DNA of 64,000 nt from Rubrivivax sp. (GTDB lineage: Bacteria; Pseudomonadota; Gammaproteobacteria; Burkholderiales; Burkholderiaceae_C): contig JANNQO010000088.1 in the NCBI GenBank assembly GCA_031400795.1, positions 14,460 to 78,459 on the forward strand. The letters run 5' to 3'. This document shows positions 39,254 through 50,389 of the stretch, piece after piece. Made by a program: the position numbers and the translations under genes. The notes beneath the pieces were generated by a model. The model searched no databases. It had not been told where the DNA came from and saw only the letters and a list, made by a program, of their open reading frames with translations. The first letter of the stretch is position 1. Each line of letters opens with the position of its first letter.

Positions 39254-40027
39254 ATGTTCAATCCGCGGCCGCGCATATCGGTGTTGCCGCTGGGTGCGGG
39301 CGCGCAAGGCGGCGATGAGGTGGTCGTGCTGGACGACGTGCTGCTCGACCCCGACGCGCTGGTGGCGCTGGCCTGCCGGCATCGCGACGCCTTCGCGCCG
39401 GCCACCAGCAACGCCTTCCCTGGCCCGGAGCTGCCGCTGCCCGAGTCGGTGATCGGCGCGTGGACCGAGTGCTTCATGCTGCACGCGTGCAAGGCCCTGG
39501 GGGTTCGCCGCGTTCGCGAGGCCTCGGGGCGGCTGTCGATCGTGACCTTGGCTGCGAGCCGTCTGGGCCCGCTGCAGCGCTTGTGCCACCGCGATCGGCT
39601 GGGTACGGTCGCCGGCGAGATGCCGGCCGCCTGCGTGATCTACCTGTTCGACAACCCGCTGCTCGGTGGCACCGCGTTCTACAGGCCGCGCCAGGGTGCC
39701 GCCGAGACCGAAACCTTGATGCAACGCGCCGCCGAACTCGACGACGATGGCTTCACTCGGGAGTTCAGCACCCCGCCCGGCTACCTGACCGGCAGCAACC
39801 GCTGGTTCGAACAGACCGCAGTCGTGCCGGCCGCCTACAACCGCGCGATCTTCTACCGCGGCGACCGCTTCCACACCAGCCACATCGAGCGCCCCGACCT
39901 GCTCAGCGACGACCCGGTGCAGGGCCGGTTGACGATGAACGGCTTCTTCGTGTGCCGCGCCACGCTGCGCAGCGAGTTCCACCGCACCGACATCGACGGG
40001 GCCCGCCGATCGGTCCGCTTCGATTGA
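39254..40027 (+). CDS. Conserved hypothetical protein with a possible Fe(II)/2-oxoglutarate-oxygenase-like HxD...H...R pattern
   Basis: In-frame part of ORF 38363..40027 from ATG 39254 (257 aa), 9 nt after the halogenase-homolog stop. CHRDR (HxD), GGTAFYR, RFHTSHI and GRLTMNGFF. The fold assignment is inference only. Confidence 0.55.
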   Translation: MFNPRPRISVLPLGAGAQGGDEVVVLDDVLLDPDALVALACRHRDAFAPATSNAFPGPELPLPESVIGAWTECFMLHACKALGVRRVREASGRLSIVTLAASRLGPLQRLCHRDRLGTVAGEMPAACVIYLFDNPLLGGTAFYRPRQGAAETETLMQRAAELDDDGFTREFSTPPGYLTGSNRWFEQTAVVPAAYNRAIFYRGDRFHTSHIERPDLLSDDPVQGRLTMNGFFVCRATLRSEFHRTDIDGARRSVRFD

Positions 40028-40033
40028 CTCGGC

Positions 40034-42484
40034 TCAGCGGCTGACCAGCACGGTTCCGAATCGAGCCGGCAGGTCGAGCACGAGGCGCTGTGCCGCGGCG
40101 TCCGCACTCGAGCCGAGCAGAGCATCGCGCCAGGCCGCGGGCGCGCCGGGCGGCAGCGTGATCGACACCCGCCGCGCTGTGGCGGCGTTGTTCCAGCCCA
40201 CCAGCGCCCAGGTCGCATCCAGCCGCCGCAACATCACCACGCTGTGTCCGTCCACGTGCAGCGGTGCCTGCATCGAGCCGCGCCGCAGCACCGGGTGCGC
40301 GTGGCGCATTCCGATCAGCCGCTTAAAGTCGCCGCGCAGCGCCAGGTCGGGCTTGCCGCCCTGGTCGGGCCAGGGATAGGTAGCGCGGTTGTAGGGGTCG
40401 TCGCCGCCGGTGACGCCGACTTCGTCGCCGTAGTACACCGTCGGCGCGCCGGGGTGGGTCATCTGGATGAAAGCCGCCAACCTCAAACGTTGTTTGGCGA
40501 GCTGTACCACTTCGGCGCTGTCTTTCGCTTCGTCGTGCCAGCCGAAGTGGTGCAGCGCACGCGCCTGGTCGTGGCTGGAGAGCAGGTTCATCAAGGCCGT
40601 GTGCGCCTGCGCCGGATAGGCCTCGCGCAGGTGTTCGAGTTGCGCCACCAGCTCGCCGGCCTTGCCGCCCGCGGCGTAGTCTTGCACCGCGTTGCGGAAG
40701 ATGTAGTTCATCGTCGAATCGAACATGTCGCCGAGCAAATACTTGCTCGAGTCGAACCAGGTTTCGGCCACCGTCAGCGCGTCGGCACGGTAGGCGCGGA
40801 TCGCCGTGCGCCATTCGCGCCAGAAGTCGTCGGGAACCCAGGGCGCCACGTCCATTCGCCAGCCTGCGGCGCCGCGATCCAGCCACAGCTTCATCACCGA
40901 ATCGGGGGCGCGGTAGGCGAAGTCGCGGAACGCGGGCGACGCCTTGTCGATCTCGGGCAGGTCTTTCACACCCACCCAGCCTTTGAACTGGGCTTCAGGC
41001 TCGCGCTGCCTCGCATCGAAGCTGAACCAGCTCGCGTAAGGTGAATCGTTGTGGATGCGGCTGCCTTCGAAAGCGCCGCGGGTCTTGAAGTTGCCGAAAC
41101 GGTCGAAGTAGATCGAGTCGCTGCCGACATGGTTCAGGCTGGTGTCGGGGATGATCCGGATGCCGCGCTTCGCCGCCTCGCGCGTCAGGCGTTCGAAGTC
41201 GGCGTTACTCCCGAAGGCGGGGTCGATGGTCGTGTAGTCGGCGGTGTCGTACTTGTGGTTGCTCGCCGCGCGGAACACCGGCGTCATGTAGATCGCATTC
41301 GCGCCGAGGTCGCGGATGTCGTCGAGCTTCTCGATGATGCCGGCCAGGTCGCCACCGAAGAAATCGTTGTTGTAGACCGCGTCGGAGCCGTCGCCGCTGC
41401 CCGGCTTCCAGGGCTTGTCGAGCCAATTCGCGTGCAACTCGACCGTGTGGTTCTGATAACGGTCGCGGCCGGGTTTCGGATCGTTGCTGCGGTCGCCATT
41501 GCGGTAGCGGTCGGGGAAGATGTAGTAGTAGACGACATCGGCGGCCCAGTCGGGCACCTTGAAGTCGGCGCTGTAGATCGTCTGGCGGAAGCGCCGAATC
41601 ATCGACAGCGGGGTCGGCAGCTCAGCCACGCCGGCACCGCCGCCCGATCCGCGCTCGCGCGTCCAGTGCACCGCGTCGCGGTTGTTCTGCAAGGCGTAAC
41701 GCTTGCCGCCGATCTGCGCTTCGAACCAGTAGCCGTAGATGCTCACGTCGCTGAAGCGGTGGCTGGCCGTCCAGCGCTCGTTGTCGCCTCGGGTCGATTC
41801 GGCTTTGCCGAGCAACCCGCCCCCCTCGGCGGGCGACGGCGGTACCGCCGCCGTCTGGAGGCGCACCTTCGTCATCGGCACGCGCGCGACCTCGCTGTAC
41901 TCGAGCACCTCCTGGTTGCCTTCGAGTCGCCGCTTCTCGACCACGAGCATCAGCCGCTCGACGCCGGGAAACGCCTGCACCGCAAATTCGAACGACGTGC
42001 CCGCCACCTGCGCGCCGAAAGGCTGCTTGTGCGCGGCGCTGCGCGAATCGAAGCGCAGGCCGAGCGCGACCGGGTCGGTGACGGGCCGTGCATTCGGATC
42101 CTCGAAAGTCTTCGACCCCAGCGAGATCAGCGGCCGCCCGGCCGAGAACGCGATGCGCAGCGTCTGCTCGCCGGCAAAGACCAGCGCGAAGTTGCCGTTG
42201 CCTTCTCCGAACGTCGCGGCATCGCTCCAGGCCGCGTCGCCGAGCTTGAACTCGTGGCGGCCATTGAGCTTGACGTTCACGTAGTAGGCGTCGCAGCTGT
42301 ACTGGAGCGCGTAATCGTCCGACGCCGTCCAGTTGTTCATCGTGCCACGCAGGTACAGCTGCGTGGTGCCCAATGGCGCGCCGGGGGTGCAGTTCAGGCT
42401 CATCGTGATCGGAGAATTCAGCGAGCAGCCAGCCCCGAGCAGCAGCACGAACAGCAGCAGCGCTGCCAGCAGCCCGCGGATCAC
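40034..42484 (-). CDS. GH13 alpha-amylase-family lipoprotein (neopullulanase/cyclomaltodextrinase-like) with a ~330-aa N-terminal extension
   Basis: Part of ORF 40034..42832. Start placed at GTG 42484 (MIRGLLAALLLFVLLLGAGC lipobox), overlapping the upstream stop as GTGA. GH13 regions I-IV: IPDTSLNHVG, GWRMDVAPW, TVAETWF, LLSSHDQ. Confidence 0.85.
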   Translation of the reverse strand: MIRGLLAALLLFVLLLGAGCSLNSPITMSLNCTPGAPLGTTQLYLRGTMNNWTASDDYALQYSCDAYYVNVKLNGRHEFKLGDAAWSDAATFGEGNGNFALVFAGEQTLRIAFSAGRPLISLGSKTFEDPNARPVTDPVALGLRFDSRSAAHKQPFGAQVAGTSFEFAVQAFPGVERLMLVVEKRRLEGNQEVLEYSEVARVPMTKVRLQTAAVPPSPAEGGGLLGKAESTRGDNERWTASHRFSDVSIYGYWFEAQIGGKRYALQNNRDAVHWTRERGSGGGAGVAELPTPLSMIRRFRQTIYSADFKVPDWAADVVYYYIFPDRYRNGDRSNDPKPGRDRYQNHTVELHANWLDKPWKPGSGDGSDAVYNNDFFGGDLAGIIEKLDDIRDLGANAIYMTPVFRAASNHKYDTADYTTIDPAFGSNADFERLTREAAKRGIRIIPDTSLNHVGSDSIYFDRFGNFKTRGAFEGSRIHNDSPYASWFSFDARQREPEAQFKGWVGVKDLPEIDKASPAFRDFAYRAPDSVMKLWLDRGAAGWRMDVAPWVPDDFWREWRTAIRAYRADALTVAETWFDSSKYLLGDMFDSTMNYIFRNAVQDYAAGGKAGELVAQLEHLREAYPAQAHTALMNLLSSHDQARALHHFGWHDEAKDSAEVVQLAKQRLRLAAFIQMTHPGAPTVYYGDEVGVTGGDDPYNRATYPWPDQGGKPDLALRGDFKRLIGMRHAHPVLRRGSMQAPLHVDGHSVVMLRRLDATWALVGWNNAATARRVSITLPPGAPAAWRDALLGSSADAAAQRLVLDLPARFGTVLVSR

Positions 42485-44076
42485 TGCACGCGCTTGTAGT
42501 TGCTGTAGCCGTCGGGTGTCGTCAGGCGCGGCTTCAGCAGCCAGGCCGTCTGTGGTGGCATCTTGGCCTGGATCATCGCCGACTGAAGCTGCACCACGCC
42601 GCCGCCGATCTGGTCGATCAGGTTGTCGCCATCCATCAGCTTGGAGTTGCTCACCAGCACCGTGGTGCTGGCTTCGGTGGTGGCGGGGTTGATGAGCACG
42701 AGCACGGTGTCGCCGGCTTTGTCGGTGTAACGCTCGTACGCGATGACGTTGCCGCTGGCCTCTGCCGTGCGGAAGTCGCCGACACGCAGCGCGCGCAGCT
42801 GCTTGCGCAAGGCCACGAGTTGCTGGTTCCAAGCCAGTTCGGGGTGTTTGGCCTCGACACGATCCCAGCGCATCGGGCCGCGCATCTCCGGGTCGTCGCC
42901 GCCTTCCATCGCCACCTCGGTGCCGTAGTACAGGTTCACCGAGCCGGGCAGCGTGAATTGCAGGACCTGCGCGAGCCTGCGCGCCTTCGGGTCAGGAACC
43001 GCGGTCGCGAGACGGAAGGTGTCGTGGTTGTCCAGGTACACCCAGCTCTTCAGCAGATGCTCGTAGTCGGCGTCGCGCACCAGCCGCGCGGCCATGCGCG
43101 TGAAGGTAGGCCCGTCGATCTCGCGATTCGCCGCCGCGATCATCAGCTTGCGCAGCCCGAAGTGCATCACGCCGTCGACCGATGGAAACCACTCACGTGG
43201 ATAGTTGGGAATCTCGCCCACCACCAGCGAGCCCGGTTTCTCGGCGTGCGCGGCCTGCGTCAGCTCGCTGAGGTACTTGAAGCCGATGTCGAAGGCGACG
43301 TCCAGCCGCCAGCCGTCGATACCGTCGCGCAGGAAGCTGCGCACCACCGAATCGCGTGCGGCCCAGACATGCTCGCGCACCTTGGCGTGTTCGAGGTTCA
43401 GCTCGGGCAGGTTTTCGGCGTTCCACCAGTTGCGCACGCCGCCCTTGAACTGCGACCCAAAGACGAACCAATCGCGGTACGGGCTCTTCGGGTCGGCCAG
43501 CGCCGCCTGGAACTTGGGCGAGTTGCGGCCCATGTGGTTGAACACCCCGTCGAGCACCAGCTTCATGTTGCGGCGCTTCAGCTCGGCGGCGAGCTTTTTC
43601 ACGTCCTCGCGCGTGCCGAACTCCGATGAGATCGCGTTGTAGTCCAGCGAGTCGTACTTGTGGTTGGTCCAGCCCAGATGCACGGGGTTCAGGTAGAGCA
43701 CGTTGGCGCCGAGCTGCTGCACGTGGTCGAGCCTGGCCATGGTGCTGGCCAGGTCGCCGCCCCAGAAATCGATCTCGTGGCTCCACACGCGCGCTTCGTC
43801 GAGGTAGGTGCCGCGCCGCGGTTCTTCGCTCCAGGCGCGCAGCTTCTTCGGCGCTGGGTACAACGCGCGTTTGGCGTCGAGATTGGCGCTGGGCGCGAAG
43901 CGGTCCACCAGCACCTGGTAGACGACCGCGCCGTTGCGCCAATCGGCTTCGCGTTTGTCGTACACGCCGCTGACCTGTTTGTCGTACCGGTTGGCGTAGT
44001 CCATCGCCTGGCTGCCTTGCGCCGCGGCGCTCATCGAGAACACAGCCGCTGCCGCGGCAACAACGATCGCCTTCAA
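42481..44076 (-). CDS. Periplasmic GH13 alpha-amylase-family enzyme
   Basis: 531-aa ORF (TTG start). Signal peptide. GH13 regions VLDGVFNHMG, GIDGWRLDVAFDIG, VVGEIPNY, VYLDNHDTFR. Confidence 0.85.
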   Translation of the reverse strand: MKAIVVAAAAAVFSMSAAAQGSQAMDYANRYDKQVSGVYDKREADWRNGAVVYQVLVDRFAPSANLDAKRALYPAPKKLRAWSEEPRRGTYLDEARVWSHEIDFWGGDLASTMARLDHVQQLGANVLYLNPVHLGWTNHKYDSLDYNAISSEFGTREDVKKLAAELKRRNMKLVLDGVFNHMGRNSPKFQAALADPKSPYRDWFVFGSQFKGGVRNWWNAENLPELNLEHAKVREHVWAARDSVVRSFLRDGIDGWRLDVAFDIGFKYLSELTQAAHAEKPGSLVVGEIPNYPREWFPSVDGVMHFGLRKLMIAAANREIDGPTFTRMAARLVRDADYEHLLKSWVYLDNHDTFRLATAVPDPKARRLAQVLQFTLPGSVNLYYGTEVAMEGGDDPEMRGPMRWDRVEAKHPELAWNQQLVALRKQLRALRVGDFRTAEASGNVIAYERYTDKAGDTVLVLINPATTEASTTVLVSNSKLMDGDNLIDQIGGGVVQLQSAMIQAKMPPQTAWLLKPRLTTPDGYSNYKRVQ

Positions 44077-44080
44077 AACA

Positions 44081-44971
44081 TCATCCCTTCACGCCACCGG
44101 CGGTGAGCCCGGAAACGATCCACCGTTGCGCCGCCAGGAACACCAGCGTGATCGGCAGCCCCGACAGCACCGCCGCGGCAGCAAAGTCGCCCCACAGATA
44201 GCGCTGGTCATAGAGATAGAACTTGCTGCCCACCGCGAGCGTGAGGTTGGGCTCTTCGCGCAGCAGGATCGACGCCACCGGGTATTCGATGATGGTGCCG
44301 ATGAAGGCCAGCACGAAGACCACCATCAGGATCGGCACCGCCATCGGCAGCAGCACGAAGCGGAAGGCCTGCCAATGCGTGGCGCCATCGACCTTGGCGT
44401 TCTCTTCGATCTCGGCGGGGATCGTGTCGAAGTAGCCCTTGATGGTCCAGATGTGCGTGGCTACGCCGCCGAGGTAGGCGACGATCAGGCCGGCGTGCGT
44501 TTCGATGCCCAGGAACGGCAGCGTCTGCCCGATGCCTTCGAAGATCGCGTAGATCGCCACCAGCGCGACGGCCACCGGGAACATCTGCAACACCAGCATC
44601 GACGACAGGATGTTGTGCTTGTAGCGGAACTTCAGCCGCGCGAATGCGTAGGCCGCGGTGGTGGAGATGGCCACGATCAACACCGCCGAGATCGCCGCGA
44701 TCTTGATCGAGTTCCACAGCCACAGCAGCACCGGGAATGGCGGCTGCACCAGCGTGCCGTCGGGCTGGACGTGGGCAAACCCGAGCGCCAGCTTCCAATG
44801 CTCGAAGCTGATCTGCGTGGGGATCAGCGAGCCGGTGGCGAAGTTGCCCGGGCGCAACGAAATCGAAATCACCGCCAGCAGCGGGAACAATGTCAGCGCG
44901 ATCAGCACCCACAGCGCAGCGTGCGCCGCCCAGACGCGCCAGCGTTCGCCTTTGCCGGTGACGATGGCCAT
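44081..44971 (-). CDS. malG: Maltose/maltodextrin ABC transporter permease MalG
   Basis: Part of ORF 44081..45865 from ATG 44971. Near-colinear with E. coli MalG as remembered ([67 protein letters not shown]). Confidence 0.93.
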   Translation of the reverse strand: MAIVTGKGERWRVWAAHAALWVLIALTLFPLLAVISISLRPGNFATGSLIPTQISFEHWKLALGFAHVQPDGTLVQPPFPVLLWLWNSIKIAAISAVLIVAISTTAAYAFARLKFRYKHNILSSMLVLQMFPVAVALVAIYAIFEGIGQTLPFLGIETHAGLIVAYLGGVATHIWTIKGYFDTIPAEIEENAKVDGATHWQAFRFVLLPMAVPILMVVFVLAFIGTIIEYPVASILLREEPNLTLAVGSKFYLYDQRYLWGDFAAAAVLSGLPITLVFLAAQRWIVSGLTAGGVKG

Positions 44972-46464
44972 TAACTCTTCACCTTGCTCATCGAGCGCAG
45001 TTGCAGGATCGACATCAGCGCCACCATCACGAAGATCAGCGTCGAGATTGCCGCAGCGAGGCCGAAGTTCTGCCCCGAATCGGTGAACGCAATGCGGTAG
45101 GTGTAGCTGACCAGGATGTCGGTGGTGCCCGCGGGCAGCTTCGTGTTCAGGTAGTCGGGCCGCCCGTCGGTGAGCAGCGAGATGAGCACGAAGTTGTTGA
45201 AGTTGAAGGCGAAGGCCGAGATCAACAGCGGCGTCAGCGGCTTGGCGATCAGCGGCGCGGTGATGCGAAAGAAGTTGGTCAGCGGCTTGGCGCCGGCCAG
45301 CGCCGAGGCTTCGTACAGGTCGGCGGGAATGGCCTTCAGGAGCCCCGTGCAGAGCACCATGATGTACGGGTAGCCGAGCCAGGTGTTGACGACCAGGAGC
45401 ATCGTGCGCGCCAGCGCCGGGTCGGCAAACCAGGCCGGGCGGATGCCGAACAGCGCGTCGAGGATGGCGTTGATCTCGCCGAAGTTCTGGTTGAACAATC
45501 CCTTGAAGACGAGGATCGAGATGAAACCGGGCACCGCATAGGGCAGGAACAGCAGCGTGCGGTAGAGCGTGCGGTACTTCAGCCGCTCCCAGTTCAGCAG
45601 CACCGCCAGCGCCATGCCCAGCGCGGTGGAGAACAGCACGGTGAGCGCGGCGAAAGCCACGGTCCAGACGAAGATCGAAACGAAGGGGCCACGAAAGTCG
45701 GGGTCGAACAACATGCGCGAGTAGTTGGTCCAGCCGATGCCGACCTGATAGCCGGGCTGAAGGGCCTCGCCGCGCTGATTGACGAAGTTGCCCCGGTCGG
45801 GGTTCGGGCGGTAGATCGTCTGTGTGGCCACTTGCAGCAGGCTGCCGTCGGCCTGGGCCTTCCACAGCGGCTGGATCACGCCGAACTCGCGCAGGCCGGC
45901 GTAGTGCAGCCGCTTGCCGTCGGGCATCAGCAGCTCCAGCGCCATCAAGCGTTCGCGCTCGCGGATCACCTCGCGCATCGGCAGCGGCTCACTCGCGGGG
46001 CGCGCGCTCGGCCGCATCGTGATCGTTCTTGGCGAGTTGTCCAGCGGGCCCGACACCAGGCCGCCGCTCAAGGCCAGCACCAGCGCGCCACCCTCGCGGT
46101 GCAGCGTGAAGGTTTGCAGGCTGGCTTCGTCGACCTCGGTCTGCTCGAGCAGGTAGTCGCGCACGCGCTGTTCGGTGAGCAGATGCGCCGAGGAGTAGTT
46201 CGTGAAGCCGATCTGCACCGTGTACAGCAGCGGGAACGCGACGAAGACCAGCATGCCGGCGACACCGGGGAACAGGTACTTCCAGGCCAGCGTGGTGGAG
46301 GAGGCGTAGAGATGGATCGCCAGCAGCCCGAGCGCCACCACCCCCACCGCCGCCACGGCCTGGCCGGCGAGGATCATCGAGTAGCCCAGCCACAGCGCCA
46401 GCAAGACGGCCAAGCCTGGCAACACCCAGCCCGCCAACGTTCGAGATGACGCGGCTGCCTTCAC
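44971..46464 (-). CDS. malF: Maltose/maltodextrin ABC transporter permease MalF
   Basis: 497-aa ORF (GTG start overlapping the malE stop as GTGA). W.Y.FPG.AGM..F..FPL..T..I.FTNYSS and a long periplasmic P2-like loop, as in E. coli MalF. Confidence 0.92.
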   Translation of the reverse strand: MKAAASSRTLAGWVLPGLAVLLALWLGYSMILAGQAVAAVGVVALGLLAIHLYASSTTLAWKYLFPGVAGMLVFVAFPLLYTVQIGFTNYSSAHLLTEQRVRDYLLEQTEVDEASLQTFTLHREGGALVLALSGGLVSGPLDNSPRTITMRPSARPASEPLPMREVIRERERLMALELLMPDGKRLHYAGLREFGVIQPLWKAQADGSLLQVATQTIYRPNPDRGNFVNQRGEALQPGYQVGIGWTNYSRMLFDPDFRGPFVSIFVWTVAFAALTVLFSTALGMALAVLLNWERLKYRTLYRTLLFLPYAVPGFISILVFKGLFNQNFGEINAILDALFGIRPAWFADPALARTMLLVVNTWLGYPYIMVLCTGLLKAIPADLYEASALAGAKPLTNFFRITAPLIAKPLTPLLISAFAFNFNNFVLISLLTDGRPDYLNTKLPAGTTDILVSYTYRIAFTDSGQNFGLAAAISTLIFVMVALMSILQLRSMSKVKS

Positions 46465-47632
46465 TTCACGAGCATCCGCGCCGCCGCGCCGTCGAGCGCG
46501 TCTTTCGGGCTCTGCCGGCCTTGCGTGATGGCTTCAAGCGCCGCATCCATCGCCGGCCAGAAGCGGCCGGTCTCGGGGAGGTTGGGGATCGGCTCGCCGG
46601 CGCGCGCATTGGCCATCGTCGCGGCGATCAGCGGATTGCCCGCCAGCTCGGCGAAGTAGGCCTTGTTCGCGGGCGTGCCCAGCGGCACGTCGGCCGAGAT
46701 GGTCTTCAGGCCGTCGACGCGCAGCACATGCTGTTCGAGGAACTCGCGCGCCACGTCCTTGATCTTGCTGGGCGCGGTGATCATGCAGCCGAGCACGCCG
46801 ACGAAGGGCTTGCTCGGCTTGCCCGGCACCACCGCGGGAATCGGCGCCACCGTGAAGTCGATCTTGCTCTTCGTCGCGTTGTCCCAGGCCCAGGGGCCCG
46901 AGATCATCATCGCCACCCGGCCACTCGAGAACTGCGCTTCCATGTCGCTGTAGCGCGCGCCGCGCGGCATCACGCCTAGCTGGATCAGGCGCGCGAGCAT
47001 CGTCGCGCCTTGCAACGCGCCGGCGTTGTTGACCGCGACCTTGGTGATATCGACCTCCCCCGCGGCGTTGCGCTCGAAGATCGCGCCGCCCGCGCCGGCC
47101 AGCATCGCCCAGCTGAAAAAGGTCTTGTTGTAGTCCCAGAGAATGGCCTTCTTGCCCTGCGCGGCGAGCTGCTGGTCCAGCGCGATCACCTCGTCGAAAG
47201 TCTGCGGCACGTCGCGCACCAATGCCTTGTTGACGATCAGCCCGATGGCCTCGATCGACAGCGGGTAACCCCACACGCGGCCGCGGTAGCTGAAGGCTTT
47301 CCACGCGAACTCGTCGATCTCTTCGCGCACCGCGCGCGATGGCTTCACCGGCACGATGACGCCGGCTTGCGCCCATTCGCCCACGCGGTCGTGCGGCCAG
47401 CAAAAGATGTCGGGGCCCTTGCCGGCGCCGGCCGCGGCCTGGAACTTGTCGGGCGCGCCTTCCGGGTGCTGCACCACCACCTGCACGCCGGTGGCGCGCG
47501 TGAACGCATCGCCCACCTTCTGCAGACCGTTGTAGCCCTTGTCGCCGTTGATCCAGACCAACAGGCGCAACGGGTCCTGCGCCGCCACGGGGCCGGCCAG
47601 CAGCAGCGCTGCGGCGATGGCGAGCGCGGTCC

Positions 47633-47636
<4 letters not shown>
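46461..47636 (-). CDS. malE: Maltose/maltodextrin-binding periplasmic protein MalE
   Basis: Part of ORF 46461..47807. Start placed at GTG 47636 (MRTALAIAAALLLAGPVAAQ signal peptide), overlapping the malK stop as GTGA. LLVWINGDKGYNGL..VG..F, GPDIFCWPHDR, ISGPWAW, KPFVGVLG match E. coli MBP. Confidence 0.9.
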
Positions 47637-48748
<1,112 letters not shown>

Positions 48749-48889
48749 TGTCTCCTCCACGCCGCCGTGGCGGCGGCTGTGTGCGGTGGAATATACATTC
48801 GACTACGCGATGCCTGAAGATCATCAACCCGCTGTCAGTCTTGCACATCCAATAAAATCAATGTGTTAGAGACTTTCGGGTAATCCCTA

Positions 48890-48904
48890 TGTAGCTATAC
48901 TACA
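48890..48904. promoter_or_regulatory. Palindromic operator candidate TGTAG-N5-CTACA (copy 4)
   Basis: TGTAGCTATACTACA in the AT-richer malK/malQ divergent spacer, ending 7 bp before the malQ ATG. Confidence 0.6.
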
Positions 48905-48910
48905 TTCACA

Positions 48911-50389
48911 ATGGACCTGTCGACCCGCCGTTCCGGCGTCTTGCTCCACCCCACTTCGCTGCCCGGCCCGCATGGTGTGGGTGATCTGGGGTCAGCCGCG
49001 TGGCGCTTTGTCGAGTGGTTGGCGCAGGCCGGGCAGACCTTGTGGCAATGGCTGCCGACAACGCCGATCGGCCCCGGGCATTCGCCCTACCAGAGCGTCT
49101 CGGCATTCGCCGGCAGCCCGTTGCTGGTGGCCCTCGAACCGTTGATCGAGGCCGGCTGGCTGTCGCCGCCCGCCTCTATCCCCGCCTTCGACTCCGCGCA
49201 GGCCGACTACGATGCCGTCGGCCCCTGGCGCATGGCGCGACTGCGCGAAGCGGCAGCGGGCTTCCAGGCGCGCGCATCAGCGCGGGAGCGCGCCGATTGG
49301 CAGGTCTGGTGCGAGACCCAAAGCGGCTGGCTCGCCGACTACGCGCGCTTCATGGCGCTGCGCACGCAGCACCACGAGCAGGCCTGGTGGACCTGGCCCT
49401 CCCCCGAGCCAGTACCCCCAACCGCGGAGCTGGACTTCTGGACCTTCGTGCAATGGTGCTTCGATCGCCAGATGACGGCCTTGAAGTCACACGCCAACGC
49501 ACACGGCGTGCACATGATCGGCGACCTGCCGATCTTCATCGCGCACGACAGCGCGGATGTCTGGTCGCGGCCCGATCTGTACCAACTCGACGCGCAAGGC
49601 CAGCCGAGCGTGGTGGCCGGTGTGCCGCCCGACGACCTGGGACCGTTGGGCCAGCGCTGGGGCAATCCGCTGTACCGCTGGGAGCGCCTGGCCGACGAAG
49701 GGCAGGCCTGGTGGATCGCGCGCATGGAGCGCTGCCTGGCGCACTTCGACGCGGTGCGCATCGACCACTTCCGCGGCTTCGCGGCGTATTGGGAGATTCC
49801 GGCCGCGTCGCCGAGCGCCGCGGTGGGCCGCTGGGTCACCGGCCCGGGCCGATCGTTGTTCGACGCGATGAGCGCTGCACTCGGCCCGCTGCCCATCCTC
49901 GCCGAAGACCTGGGCTACATCACGCCCGACGTGCACGCGCTGCGCGACGCATTCGGCTTTCCGGGCATGAAGATCCTGCAGTTCGGCTTCGGCGGCGATG
50001 GCAGCCACGAGTTCCTGCCGCACAACCACCCGAAGCATTGCGTCGTCTATACCGGCACGCACGACAACGACACCGCGCGTGGCTGGTGGGACCACGCGAG
50101 CGCGCACTTGCAGCGCTTCGCAGCCGAGTACTTGCAATGCGACGCCGACACCGTGCACTGGCAAATGATCCGTGCGGCGAGCCACTCGGTGGCGGCCTTG
50201 GCGATCTTTCCGATGCAGGATCTGCTCGGGCTGCCGACCGACTGCCGCATGAACCTGCCGGGCACGCTGGGACCGCCGAACTGGCGCTGGCGCTTTGGTC
50301 CCGGCGCGCTCGACGACACGCTTGCGCGCCGGCTGGCCCGCCTCAGCGCCGCCGCGGGCCGCTGCCCGATCGCGCTGCTCAGCGGGTGA
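48911..50389 (+). CDS. malQ: 4-alpha-glucanotransferase (amylomaltase, GH77)
   Basis: 492-aa ORF. RRSGVLLHPTSLPGPHGVGDLG, DLPIFIAHDSADVW, VRIDHFRGF, YTGTHDNDT motifs of MalQ. Confidence 0.93.
   Translation: MDLSTRRSGVLLHPTSLPGPHGVGDLGSAAWRFVEWLAQAGQTLWQWLPTTPIGPGHSPYQSVSAFAGSPLLVALEPLIEAGWLSPPASIPAFDSAQADYDAVGPWRMARLREAAAGFQARASARERADWQVWCETQSGWLADYARFMALRTQHHEQAWWTWPSPEPVPPTAELDFWTFVQWCFDRQMTALKSHANAHGVHMIGDLPIFIAHDSADVWSRPDLYQLDAQGQPSVVAGVPPDDLGPLGQRWGNPLYRWERLADEGQAWWIARMERCLAHFDAVRIDHFRGFAAYWEIPAASPSAAVGRWVTGPGRSLFDAMSAALGPLPILAEDLGYITPDVHALRDAFGFPGMKILQFGFGGDGSHEFLPHNHPKHCVVYTGTHDNDTARGWWDHASAHLQRFAAEYLQCDADTVHWQMIRAASHSVAALAIFPMQDLLGLPTDCRMNLPGTLGPPNWRWRFGPGALDDTLARRLARLSAAAGRCPIALLSG

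Noticed and set aside
48792-48807. TATAC-attcga-CTACG, a weak resemblance to the TGTAG-N5-CTACA palindrome near the malK start.
   Set aside because: It has three mismatches and the wrong spacing (6 rather than 5), so it is not distinguishable from chance.
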